DNA from: Hyaloraphidium curvatum SAG 235-1
Taxonomy: Eukaryota; Fungi; Monoblepharomycota
Length of the DNA stretch: 64,000 nucleotides
Direction: 5' to 3'
Assembly: GCA_025558095.1 (NCBI GenBank)
Contig: JAIVFI010000004.1
Location: 62,001 to 126,000, forward strand
The notes under the pieces are model-generated. The model worked only from the letters and a program-made list of their open reading frames with translations. It did not search any database and had not been told where the DNA came from. Shown one piece after another: positions 1-9,249 of the stretch. The position numbers were made by a program, and so were the translations under genes. Within the stretch, counting starts at the first letter, position 1. Every line of letters begins with the position of its first letter.

Positions 1-585
1 CGTGGCGTGGTCGTCGACCGTCGTCATCGTGGTTACCTCGAGAATGGGTTCGTGCCCAAAGACACCACACTTGCACGAGCCCTGGACATCGGGAAAACCT
101 CGACCGACATCGTCATCCGCCGCGTGGGCGCTCGTTCTGACCTCGTCGACGTCACCGTTGTTACCCCCAGCGTCACGGCCTCGCGCTCGACGGACTCCCG
201 CAACGAGACCTCGCTCCTGCGCCGCGCTGTTCAGAAGAAGGCGACGGCCCTTGCCAACCAGTTCTACGTTCCCGATCCCCCCGTGCACAACCTCGTTTGG
301 TTTGCGGTCTCGACCTTCGGCCGCCTGCACGACGTGGCGGACGAACAGCTCCGTGTTTGGTCTCGAGAGATCTCTCCCCCGCGCACCAAATCCGACGGCA
401 AAGACTGGGATGTCGATGGTCTCATGGCCCGCCAGACCGGCCGTCTGCGCGCCGTTGTTCAGCGGGGGCGCGTACTGGGTTGCCAACAGCTTATGAACAG
501 GTTCAAGGAAGCCTGTACCCGGCAGCTCGGCGGACATCTAACCCCTCCCCTCTTCCCCGAATTCAATGTATATGGCGTGACGTGA
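1..585 (+). mobile_element. 3' end of a probable non-LTR retrotransposon ORF: restriction-like endonuclease (RLE) domain, CRE/Cnl1-like; 5' part outside window
   Basis: Frame open from base 1; TDIVIRR...DLVDVTVVTP...KK...FY...VWFAVSTFGRL resembles the RLE pattern PD..D(V)TV...K..KY...FVPFAVET.G; intronless; no poly(A) seen. Confidence 0.6.
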
Positions 586-988
586 TGTATCGGGGTTGGG
601 GGGCGCTCAGCGCCTGTGATAGAGATCTGATCGCCAATGCACAGCGCTGCCTCACGCAAGATGCAGCCAAGCAGGAAGACCAGGGATAGAAGAATTGGTT
701 AGGACCGCTTCGATCCCGAGGTAGGCTTCGCAAAGAGCCCAGCACTACGCACCGCGAGAAGCCTGACCACGAAACACGCGCAACATTGAGCTCAACGTCA
801 ATTGCGAATCCGATCGTCAGCTGATGAATTCCTTCGATGCCCTGGCACAAGCCTTCAATGATCTGGCTGGAGATTTGCAGTGGATGGTTATTTTTTGACA
901 CTTGTTGGGTGTTTTGTGAGCCCGGGATTGGGTCGAGTGACGTGTCGCTTGTTCCGACCAAGTACCTTTCGGAGGAACCGCCACCGAA

Positions 989-1738
989 ATGCCCCGCGAG
1001 TTGCTGCTGCTCCGCTACCGCATCTACGAAGCGACCACCGGCGGCTACCTCAGCTTCGAGGCGTTCCCGCTCCCGCTCCAAGCCTGGCAGGAGTCCGAAG
1101 CCGCCGGCCGCGCGACGGACGGACTGTTCTCCCCCGCGGCCGATTGGGAGCAGTCTCTGCTCGGTGCAAGGGCGTGGCAGTGTTCCGTTTGCCAGGCCCC
1201 CGCCGAGCTTTCGGAGCGCGGCAACAGCATCAGGGAGGCCACGGTCGAGAACGACCTGCCCAGTCCCTCTGCGGAAGGCATCGTGCTGGTCGAGCGGTAT
1301 CCCACGTGCGGTGCCGAAGCTTGCAAGCATGCTGCTGCCCGGGAAGCGAAGGCCAGGATCGATACCGTGTTTGCCGAGGAGGCTTTCGTGCTGCCGGAGG
1401 TCCGGCTCGCCATCCGCCCGGCGCTCGGGCAGCCTTTGCACCAAATCGACCAATCGAGGGGCTTTTTCCTCGATGTTCCTGCGCGGGAGATCACCGTCGA
1501 GCGCTTGGTGGAGGGGCTGGGTGCCGAGACCCATCGTTGGTCGCGCAGGGCGATCGTGGAAGCCGGGGACAAGTGCGCGGCCTGCGGAGCCAAGTGCAAA
1601 GGTTTCGCGACCGAGATAAAGCCGTTGGTTCCGGGGGAAGCTCTTGTGATCGTGCCCGTCTTGGTGACCGCCGTGCCGACCTGCGGTGCGAAGGACTGCG
1701 TCGAGAGGATTGATGCGGTGGGCTTCAACGACGACTGA
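989..1738 (+). CDS. Hypothetical protein with two tandem ~110-aa putative Zn-binding modules
   Basis: WQCSVC...YPTCGAEAC and DKCAAC...VPTCGAKDC; ATG start, intronless. Confidence 0.65.
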   Translation: MPRELLLLRYRIYEATTGGYLSFEAFPLPLQAWQESEAAGRATDGLFSPAADWEQSLLGARAWQCSVCQAPAELSERGNSIREATVENDLPSPSAEGIVLVERYPTCGAEACKHAAAREAKARIDTVFAEEAFVLPEVRLAIRPALGQPLHQIDQSRGFFLDVPAREITVERLVEGLGAETHRWSRRAIVEAGDKCAACGAKCKGFATEIKPLVPGEALVIVPVLVTAVPTCGAKDCVERIDAVGFNDD

Positions 1739-1788
1739 AAGAGCAGCAAGATGACTTGCGCTATCAGCTTGTACATCTGTACGTGTAG

Positions 1789-2817
1789 CTAGACTTGCTT
1801 CTTCACGCTTCCTCCGACCGCCGCGGAGGCGAACGCCTTCCTGCTCTCCTCCCCCGACGCCAGCCTCTCCCTGACCTCGGCCTCCCTGGCCTCGTCCTCC
1901 GCGACGAACCTGTCGTCGAACGTCGTCGCGAGCTCCTTCAGCCCCCTGATCGCCCCCACCGACCTCGCCCTGCCGTCCTCGTCCCTCGCATACTTCAGCA
2001 GGAACTCGGTGCCGTGCTCGAGCGCCGTCTTACCCGGCGCCGCCTTCTCGTCCGCCAACCCGATCGCCACGGCCTCCTCGGGCCCGATCAATGGGCTCTG
2101 CCCGTACGCCCGCATGAACCGGCCCCTGCTCCGGCCCAGCAGCCTGAACACCTTGCTCCCGCCCTCCCACGCGGTGGCCAGCCCCATGCGGACCTGCACG
2201 AAGCGGAACTTGGTCGTGTCGGCGGCGACCCGGTGGTCCATGTGGGCTGCAATCTCCGTGCCGCCCCCAAGAGTATAACCGTCCAGCGCGGCGAGGCTGA
2301 CCAGCGGGAGCCGGCGCAGGCGGTGCAAGGTGCGCGTGATGAGCGCCGTGATCAAACCGCGGAGGTCTGCGGCTCCGGCTCCGGCGGGGACGCCGGTAAG
2401 ATCAAATCCCGCGCAGAAGGTGTTGCCCTGGCCGGCCACGAGCACGGCAACGAGGGAGCGGCCCGGTTCCTCCGCCGCGGAGCCCTGGGCGCAGATGGAC
2501 TCCAGGCGGTCCACGGCGTCGGCGAGTTCGGCGGCCATCTTGCCGCTGATCGCGTTGCGCTTTGCCGGCTGCGAGAGCTGCAGCAGCGCGATGCCCGGTG
2601 CGTGAGACAGATTGAGCGCAACGGTGCCGCCGCCGATCCCGCGGATACGCTCGCGGAGGTCGGCAGCGGGGTCCGAGGAGGACGCGCAGGGGGCGGCGCG
2701 GGGAGACGCGTGGGGGACATTCGAAGGCCGCGCGGCAAGGTGCGACGCGAGAAGCGCGAGCCGGGCACGTCCAGCGCCCGCTCCGGTCGTCTTGCAGATC
2801 ATTTCCTTCTGAGGCAT
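1789..2817 (-). CDS. ECHDC1: Crotonase-family protein, ethylmalonyl-CoA decarboxylase (ECHDC1)-like, with PTS2 motif
   Basis: KRNAISG, FCAGFDL, GYTLGGGTEI, FRFVQVRMGL; RLALLASHL matches PTS2; first ATG at 2817. Confidence 0.8.
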   Translation of the reverse strand: MPQKEMICKTTGAGAGRARLALLASHLAARPSNVPHASPRAAPCASSSDPAADLRERIRGIGGGTVALNLSHAPGIALLQLSQPAKRNAISGKMAAELADAVDRLESICAQGSAAEEPGRSLVAVLVAGQGNTFCAGFDLTGVPAGAGAADLRGLITALITRTLHRLRRLPLVSLAALDGYTLGGGTEIAAHMDHRVAADTTKFRFVQVRMGLATAWEGGSKVFRLLGRSRGRFMRAYGQSPLIGPEEAVAIGLADEKAAPGKTALEHGTEFLLKYARDEDGRARSVGAIRGLKELATTFDDRFVAEDEAREAEVRERLASGEESRKAFASAAVGGSVKKQV

Positions 2818-2937
2818 GACAAGAGAGTCCAAATCTCCGTGCGCGCTGTTGCAGGTGGGACGGTGTTTGAGGTGGACGCGTCCCTTTGACAGAGTGAAGA
2901 TTCCCGACTCTCTTCCTTCGATTCTTGCTGCAGCAGA

Positions 2938-3987
2938 TCACTTCCATACAGGCTTCCGCTTCTCGAGCCACGCCCTCTGTCCCTCCTTCGAATCGTCCAG
3001 CTCCCGGATCTCCACCATCACCCGGGCCGCCAGCGCCAGGGCCTCCTCGAGCGGGAGCTCGCGCTGCCTGTGGAACGCCCACTTGCCCACAAAAGTCGTC
3101 TGCCCGCTCCTCGAGCCGACCGACTCCGCCATCTGCTCCGCGTAGAGGTGGGGATCTTCGCCGTCAGGGACCACCTCGGAGATCAGGCCTATGTCCAGCG
3201 CCTGCTCGGCCGAGACGGGCTGCGCGGTAGCGAGCATCCGGAAAATCCGGGCCGGGGAAACGAGCCGCGACGGCGGTACCGACGGCAGGGTGCAGAATCC
3301 GCCGAGGTTGACCCCGGGAAATTGGAACCTCGCGTTGTTCGAAGCCAGTGTCACGTCAGAGGAAGCGAAAATCCCGAGACCACCCGCGGTCACGAGCCCG
3401 TCCGCAACGGCGATGACCGGCTGCGGCAGCCTCCTCAGCGCCAGCGTGATGTCGGCGCAGGTCCTGAAGATATCCGCGCGGTGCTCCCTGGTCGCTGCAG
3501 CCAGTTCACGGAGGTCGTGCCCCGACGACCACACGCGCTTGGCAGGTTCCTGGTCCCCATAATTGGCGCGCAGCAACACGCAGCGGATGGAAGTGTTCGC
3601 CCCGGACCGATCCAGCGACCCGGGAAGGTCGTCCAGGTCTACCCAGTTGTCCCGATAGGTCCACTCCGGGTTCACGGCGGCGATGCAGGCCCCGAGGTGC
3701 CGCAGGGTGCGAAGGGAAAGCGCGTTGCGCGTCGCGGGGGAGTCCAGGGTGACGGTCGCGACCCGCTTGGCGCGATCGATGCGGAGGGTGACGGGGGGCG
3801 GGCCCGAGTCGCTGCCGGTCAATGGGTTCGAAACGGCCTCCAAGCCGGGCGTGCCACGCGTGGCAGCGCTGCAAGAGAAAGCACGCGTGGTGGCGGGCAG
3901 CAAATGCCGGAGAAGGTTCGAAGAAGGCTTCATTTCGGTGTACGTCCTCCGGGTATTTGTACTGGCGTCGCGATCGGCCACCGCCAT
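2938..3987 (-). CDS. ECHDC3: Enoyl-CoA hydratase domain protein, ECHDC3-like, probably mitochondrial (alternative start 3933)
   Basis: TRNALS, WSSGHDL, DGLVTAGG, FQFPGVNLGGFC, EGQRAWLEKRKPVW; Arg/Ser/Thr-rich presequence-like N-terminus. Confidence 0.85.
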   Translation of the reverse strand: MAVADRDASTNTRRTYTEMKPSSNLLRHLLPATTRAFSCSAATRGTPGLEAVSNPLTGSDSGPPPVTLRIDRAKRVATVTLDSPATRNALSLRTLRHLGACIAAVNPEWTYRDNWVDLDDLPGSLDRSGANTSIRCVLLRANYGDQEPAKRVWSSGHDLRELAAATREHRADIFRTCADITLALRRLPQPVIAVADGLVTAGGLGIFASSDVTLASNNARFQFPGVNLGGFCTLPSVPPSRLVSPARIFRMLATAQPVSAEQALDIGLISEVVPDGEDPHLYAEQMAESVGSRSGQTTFVGKWAFHRQRELPLEEALALAARVMVEIRELDDSKEGQRAWLEKRKPVWK

Positions 3988-4121
3988 CTCTCGCAGGGTA
4001 AGTCGCCTCGAACCGGGTCCGATGAAGCGACTGAAACTGCTCTACAATGAGAGATACACAATTGCTGTACTAGAGACAGGAATCCAGAGAAAGACTCCAG
4101 CAGACCCCGACGAAGCCTTTT

Positions 4122-7053
4122 TCACCTGACAAGCACCTCCTCCACATACTTCATGCTCGGATCGGCCTTCCACAGCGTCACCAGCGCGTCCGCGCACCCG
4201 GCCGCCGTGCGCAGATGGTTCCCGATCCGCCTGAGCAGGGCCACGTGGTGCTGGAACCTGACGACGCACTCGCGCGCGCGACAGCGGACAAACTCGGGCA
4301 CCTGAGCCGGCGGGGCGGCGGAGGATCCCGGGGCGGGGTCGGCGGGGACGAAGGAGAGGCCGGGAAAGAGCGGGTCGGCGGCCTTGGAGGAGACCGAAAC
4401 CGCATCGTCGTCCGCGTCCCCCTCGCCCCCCTTCTCCGCCGCCGCGATGCAAGCCATGGCCAGGTCGCGCAGCGCGGAATGGTTCGAGATGTCCCTCGTC
4501 GAGTAGTGCAGCGACGCCCCCGTGCGGCCGTCCCCGCGGGCAAGCGCGACCAGCTGCCGCAGCTCCTCGAGCCAGATCGAGGCGGTGTAGTACAGCCCCG
4601 TGACCAGGTTCGCCGGCGGCGCGAGGTACGGGAACCAGCCTGCCGACTGCGGCCCCGGCCCGCTCCCGCCGCCGGCCCAGCGCAGCTCCACCGCCAGCGC
4701 GAGGTCCGTGATTCGGCGGGCGCACTGCAGCGCGGATCCGTAGTCGTCCGAATCCACCCACCGCACCTCGTCCGTCACGCACCGCAGGGAATGCATCTCA
4801 GGCCCGCGGACGACGAAAAGCGCGCAGTGGTAGAGCCACAGGAGCACCGCCCACTCGACGTCGAACGTGCCCGCGGCGAAATTCTCCCTCCCCCCTTCGG
4901 CGAACCTGACGAACCGCACCGCGCCCAGCCCGTCCCTCCATTCGCGGTCGGCGGCATCGTTCCCCGGCTCCGACGGCGGCCTCGACCCGATCGTGCGCTC
5001 GTCGAGCTGCCGCACCGCGGCGGGCACGCGCTGCCAGTACTGCGTGCGAAGCTCGTCCTCCAGCGCCGCGATCCGCACCAGGAACTCCTCATGGGAAACG
5101 ATGCCGCCCTTGAACCTGCGCATGGTGGAGTATACTGCGCGCTGGATCCGCGCGAGCATCAAAAAGAGCGGGCGGCGGTCTCCCTCCGCAAACGACGTGG
5201 GTATGGCGCGGAGGGCCGGCGAGCAGGGCGCGAGCGAGACGAGCCTCGAGGGCGGGTTAATCCGCTGCGGTAGCAGGATGGCGGGGGTGTTGCTCCCCGC
5301 CATGAACCACGCGTAGTCGTTGCAGGGCAGGTCCGCCGCCACGTCCTCCTCCACGATCGCGGCGGGCGCGCCCATCCCCGACACGAAGATCGAGTCCTGG
5401 GCGAACAGCCGCCAGAATGTGCGCCGGCGCTCCTCGTTGCTGATCCACTCGTCCGCCGTCGCCGGGCCGCCGTGGCCCACCTGCACCGGGTCAGCCTGCA
5501 GCCCCAGCCTGCGCGCGAGGGCGAGCGCGACCCCGTGCAGCTGGTGCGCCTTCATGAACTCGCCCTGCTCGACCATGTGCTCCACGCACCACGACATCGC
5601 GATCACCGTCCCCACGTTGCCGTTTCCCGAGAGGACGACGTCGGGGAGGAGCAGCATCACGCGGTCGAGGAAGGCGCGGACGACCGAGCGCGGCCGGAGG
5701 GTGAGCCGCGAGGCGCGGAGGAGGAGCGCGTTCAGGAGGAAGGGGTCGATGCCCGAGGGCGGGGTGGCAGAGAGGTAGGTGAGGAAGTGCGGCAGGTGGA
5801 GGTCGAAGGACGAGGGTTCGATGGTGCGGACCGCGTCGAGGAGGATGGAAGAGAGGTCGGGGTCCGCGGGGAGGGGAGCCAGGGCGTCGAATGGGCCGAG
5901 CTGGCGCGGCACCGGGTTGAAGAAATCGGGCACCCCCGCATCGTGCCCCGCAAAGCTTCCGGCCCAGTGCGCCATGCCCTGCACCAGGGCCGGGATGGGC
6001 GGCGCAGCGGGCTGCACGACCATGTGCGGGGCCGGCAGGGGAAGGGCGACCGTCTGAAGTCCCGCTCCGGTCCAGTCCGGCATGGGGAGGCCTTCAGAGT
6101 CCACGGTCAGAATCTGGCTGCCCGACGTCGTCGAAAGTTGCGCGCTGCTTAGGTACGGGCTGCCCAGCTGGGCCGAGTAGAGGGTCGAAGACGAGCTGCC
6201 GTTGAAATGCTCCTCGAGGCCCGTCGCCATGGTCTGAAGGGACGAGCTGCGGACCGTCCTCGACGCCGCGGTGGGAGACATGGGCAGAGCAGCCATCCTC
6301 ATCCGACCCAAGGCAAAGTCCGATGGCAGGGCGATCTGGATCCCGCCCGATGCTGACCGCACCACCTCGGGCAAGGCAAGGTGGGGCGACTGCGGCCCGC
6401 CGGCGACCTGCCCGCCGTATCCGCCGGCACCCAGCACAAAGAGGGCCGAGGCTGCGTTTGCGGATTCGGCCCTCCGCATCGGCAGCATGGGCTCGTCGAG
6501 GAAGGCCGCCCCGAGTCCGTCCATATCGATGTTGCCCACTTTCGGCGTAACGGAGCCCGAACGGGAGCTTTTCGGGCCGACAGTGACCGGCAACTCCGAA
6601 AGGTTGCTCCGAATAGCCTCCAGCGTCGGCGGGTTCCTGACCAGGCGCTCCCGCACCGGCCCTGAAGGGCGGTTCCTTGGCCGCTTGGGCTTCGTCCCGT
6701 CCTCCGGTTGTTCCAGTTTGACTCTCCCCTTGGGACCCCGCTTCTGCAGCACGGTGGGATAGACGCACTGCAGGCCTTTTTCGGCACAGCGCTCGCAGGT
6801 CGGGCGGTGGCCCGAGCATCGCGAATGGAGGTCGCGGCAGTGGTCGCACCTGGGGCGTGCCGGGCCGCTAGAATCGCGCCGGAAAGTGCGCATCGCGGCT
6901 CACCCACCTCACGGTAATGTATTTGCGCACCTTGCCGTTGGCGTGCGTCTGCACCGCGGGGTGCGGACCTTCGCTCGCCGGCGGCGCGCCGACCGCAGCC
7001 ACAAAACCCCCCGGCTGCGGCCCGGCGCCGGGGAGGACGCCCAGCGCCGCCAT
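4122..7053 (-). CDS. Zn(II)2Cys6 transcription factor with fungal middle homology region
   Basis: CDHCRDLHSRC-x6-CERC-x6-C; EERRRTFWRLF; intron 6850-6907 joins KVRKYITVR to CDHC, so the true start lies upstream of the track's 6893 (7053 or further). Confidence 0.9.
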
Positions 7054-7945
7054 GCGATCGGCCTGCGCGCGCTCCGCCGCCCCGTCCGCCGGAAAAGCCT
7101 CCGCCGGCGACGCTGCCGGTTCCCGCCCCTTTGCTCGCGGCCGCCCCGCGTCGGGCACGAACGCCTCCGCCGGCCCGAGCGGCTGGAAAACCCCACCGCC
7201 GACCGCCTGCAGAGCGTGCTGCACCGCTTCGCCGGCGCCGGACGCAACGGGCGGCACGGTTGAGTTGCAGGTGTGGCCGCGCTGGAGCGGGGAACGTTCG
7301 CGGGTCCACACGGAACATCCTCCGGGCCTCGTCCGCGGATTTACCACCAAGTACACTTCGGATCGCGTGTCGCAACTGTCGCCGTCCACAGCATTCTAGT
7401 CTGTTCTGAATGCCTGATTAGGAGATTGGTTCGCCGAACCCGGGCTCGTTCATCGGCGAGAGCTCGCTTATGGTGAAGGTGGACGTGGCTTCCTCGACGC
7501 AAACAATTCAGATCGCGGTTGCTCGTCACGTCGAAAAGGAGTAATCGAGTAGCTGAGAGGAATTGCTCCACCGATTCCGTACTACTTAGTTTCACTCATC
7601 AAAGGCTTTGTTCGCGCGGAACGACATATTGTCTTCAATCGAACGACAGGGCTTTTTTCTTTACTACAGATACGCTCCTGGGAATGCAGTCCTTCCTTTA
7701 ATCCTTCCTGGCCTCGCGCTGACAATCGGCACCTGTGCCAGCACCTCGCGATCCCGCAGCGCGAACACCGGCTCAACTTCATCTCGCCCTGCTGCTAACC
7801 GCACCGATCGCAGCTGTCAACACGGGACACACATCGGCGGTATGAGATCGGACCAGCAGAAAGCGGTATGGTGGTGCCGCCGGGAAAGGAATCCGAACCA
7901 TCAACCAGCGCCACGCGTGCACGTGGCATCGTCCCATAATGAGCG

Positions 7946-9073
7946 TCACTGCTTGGGCAAAACGATGTCGCCCGGCAGCACGGCGTACCGCGCCTGCTTC
8001 CCCGCCGCCTCGTCCTTGAGCTCCTCCCAGGGCTGCGAAAACCCGTCCGCGAGGGCCGTGTTCACGATCTGCACGTGGAAAGCGATCCAGCAGACGAGCA
8101 AGCCGATCGCCGAGGCTCGGTCCACGGGGACCCTCCGCGCGGGCGCCAGCAGGTGCCCGAGCACGGTCTGGAGGACAACCAGGAGCAGGGCAAAGTACGA
8201 CACGAAAAAGTACTTGTCCAGGAGCGTGAGGGCCGGGGTTTTGGGGATCTCGCTGGCAACGACAAATTTGAAGGTCACGAGCGTCAGGAGGAGCGTGAGA
8301 ATGATCGACATGCGGCCGCCGACGTCCTCGCAGCCCATGAGGAACGCGATCGGCGACAGGCAGACGATGAGGAAGACGATGAGCACGATGTTGTAGAGGA
8401 AGTAGCGCCACTGCCGCTCCACGCGCAGCGACACCGTGATCCTCAGCTCGTCCGACTGGCCGGCCGCGACGGAGGTGCCCACGATCGGGCTGATGGCGCT
8501 CCATCCGGCGACCGAGGGCGAGCACGTGAAGCTCGCCATGCTCCTCCAGTCGTGCTTGTCCGGCACGTAGTTCGGGGCCTCAGAAACTGCTCGGAACTCC
8601 TTGGTCTTCAGGCAGATTCGGATGGTCAGAAACTGCCGGTCAAACGGGAACCGATCCAGCTCGAGCTCCTCGTACAGCACGGCCTTGAAGTGGATCATCT
8701 CGCTGACGACACTGTTGCGGACGCGGAACACGGGCGGTCCGAAGAGCGAGAACTCGACCGCGTTCTCGAACACGGCGTCAGGATCCACCGGCTGGTTCGC
8801 GCCATCGTCGTCGGGCGATTCGAACTTGGCGTCCTCCCAGAAAAAGTTCAGATATCCGGAGATTGCAAATTGCTGCGCGACGGGGTCGATGGATTCGAGG
8901 CGGCAGTTCAGCGAGAACCAGACGTCGGTCCTCTTCCCGAACGTGGCCGTTGGTGTCGGCAGCTCCTCGGACGAGGCCGCGCGCGTCAAGTCCCCCGATG
9001 CAGTGCCGTCCACGACACGAGTGCCGCGGAATCGAAGCTGGGCATCCGGTTCTGCGATGGCGATGGCGCTCAT
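7946..9073 (-). CDS. Pentameric ligand-gated ion channel subunit, Cys-less (Pro-loop) type
   Basis: GYLNFFWED, FPFDRQ loop without flanking Cys, pre-M1 VERQW, four TM helices, M2 RMSIILTLLLT, M2-M3 IPK, LTLLD; intronless. Confidence 0.9.
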   Translation of the reverse strand: MSAIAIAEPDAQLRFRGTRVVDGTASGDLTRAASSEELPTPTATFGKRTDVWFSLNCRLESIDPVAQQFAISGYLNFFWEDAKFESPDDDGANQPVDPDAVFENAVEFSLFGPPVFRVRNSVVSEMIHFKAVLYEELELDRFPFDRQFLTIRICLKTKEFRAVSEAPNYVPDKHDWRSMASFTCSPSVAGWSAISPIVGTSVAAGQSDELRITVSLRVERQWRYFLYNIVLIVFLIVCLSPIAFLMGCEDVGGRMSIILTLLLTLVTFKFVVASEIPKTPALTLLDKYFFVSYFALLLVVLQTVLGHLLAPARRVPVDRASAIGLLVCWIAFHVQIVNTALADGFSQPWEELKDEAAGKQARYAVLPGDIVLPKQ

Positions 9074-9249
9074 TTTGCGATGTGGTTTTGGAGGTGGCGC
9101 GCCCCGGGCGGTGCTCGGCGGCGACGAAACGCGTGAACAGGTGACTCCACAAAACGTGTATTCACTCGACGTCGGTGCTACTGGTCTGCGATCGTCCTAC
9201 AAAACAAACTCGCACATGGCGGGCGTTTTCCGGGCCGGCGACGCGCCGA

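Noticed and set aside
4122-6893. ORF-track start MRTFRRD for the transcription factor
   Set aside because: That ATG lies inside the predicted intron 6850-6907
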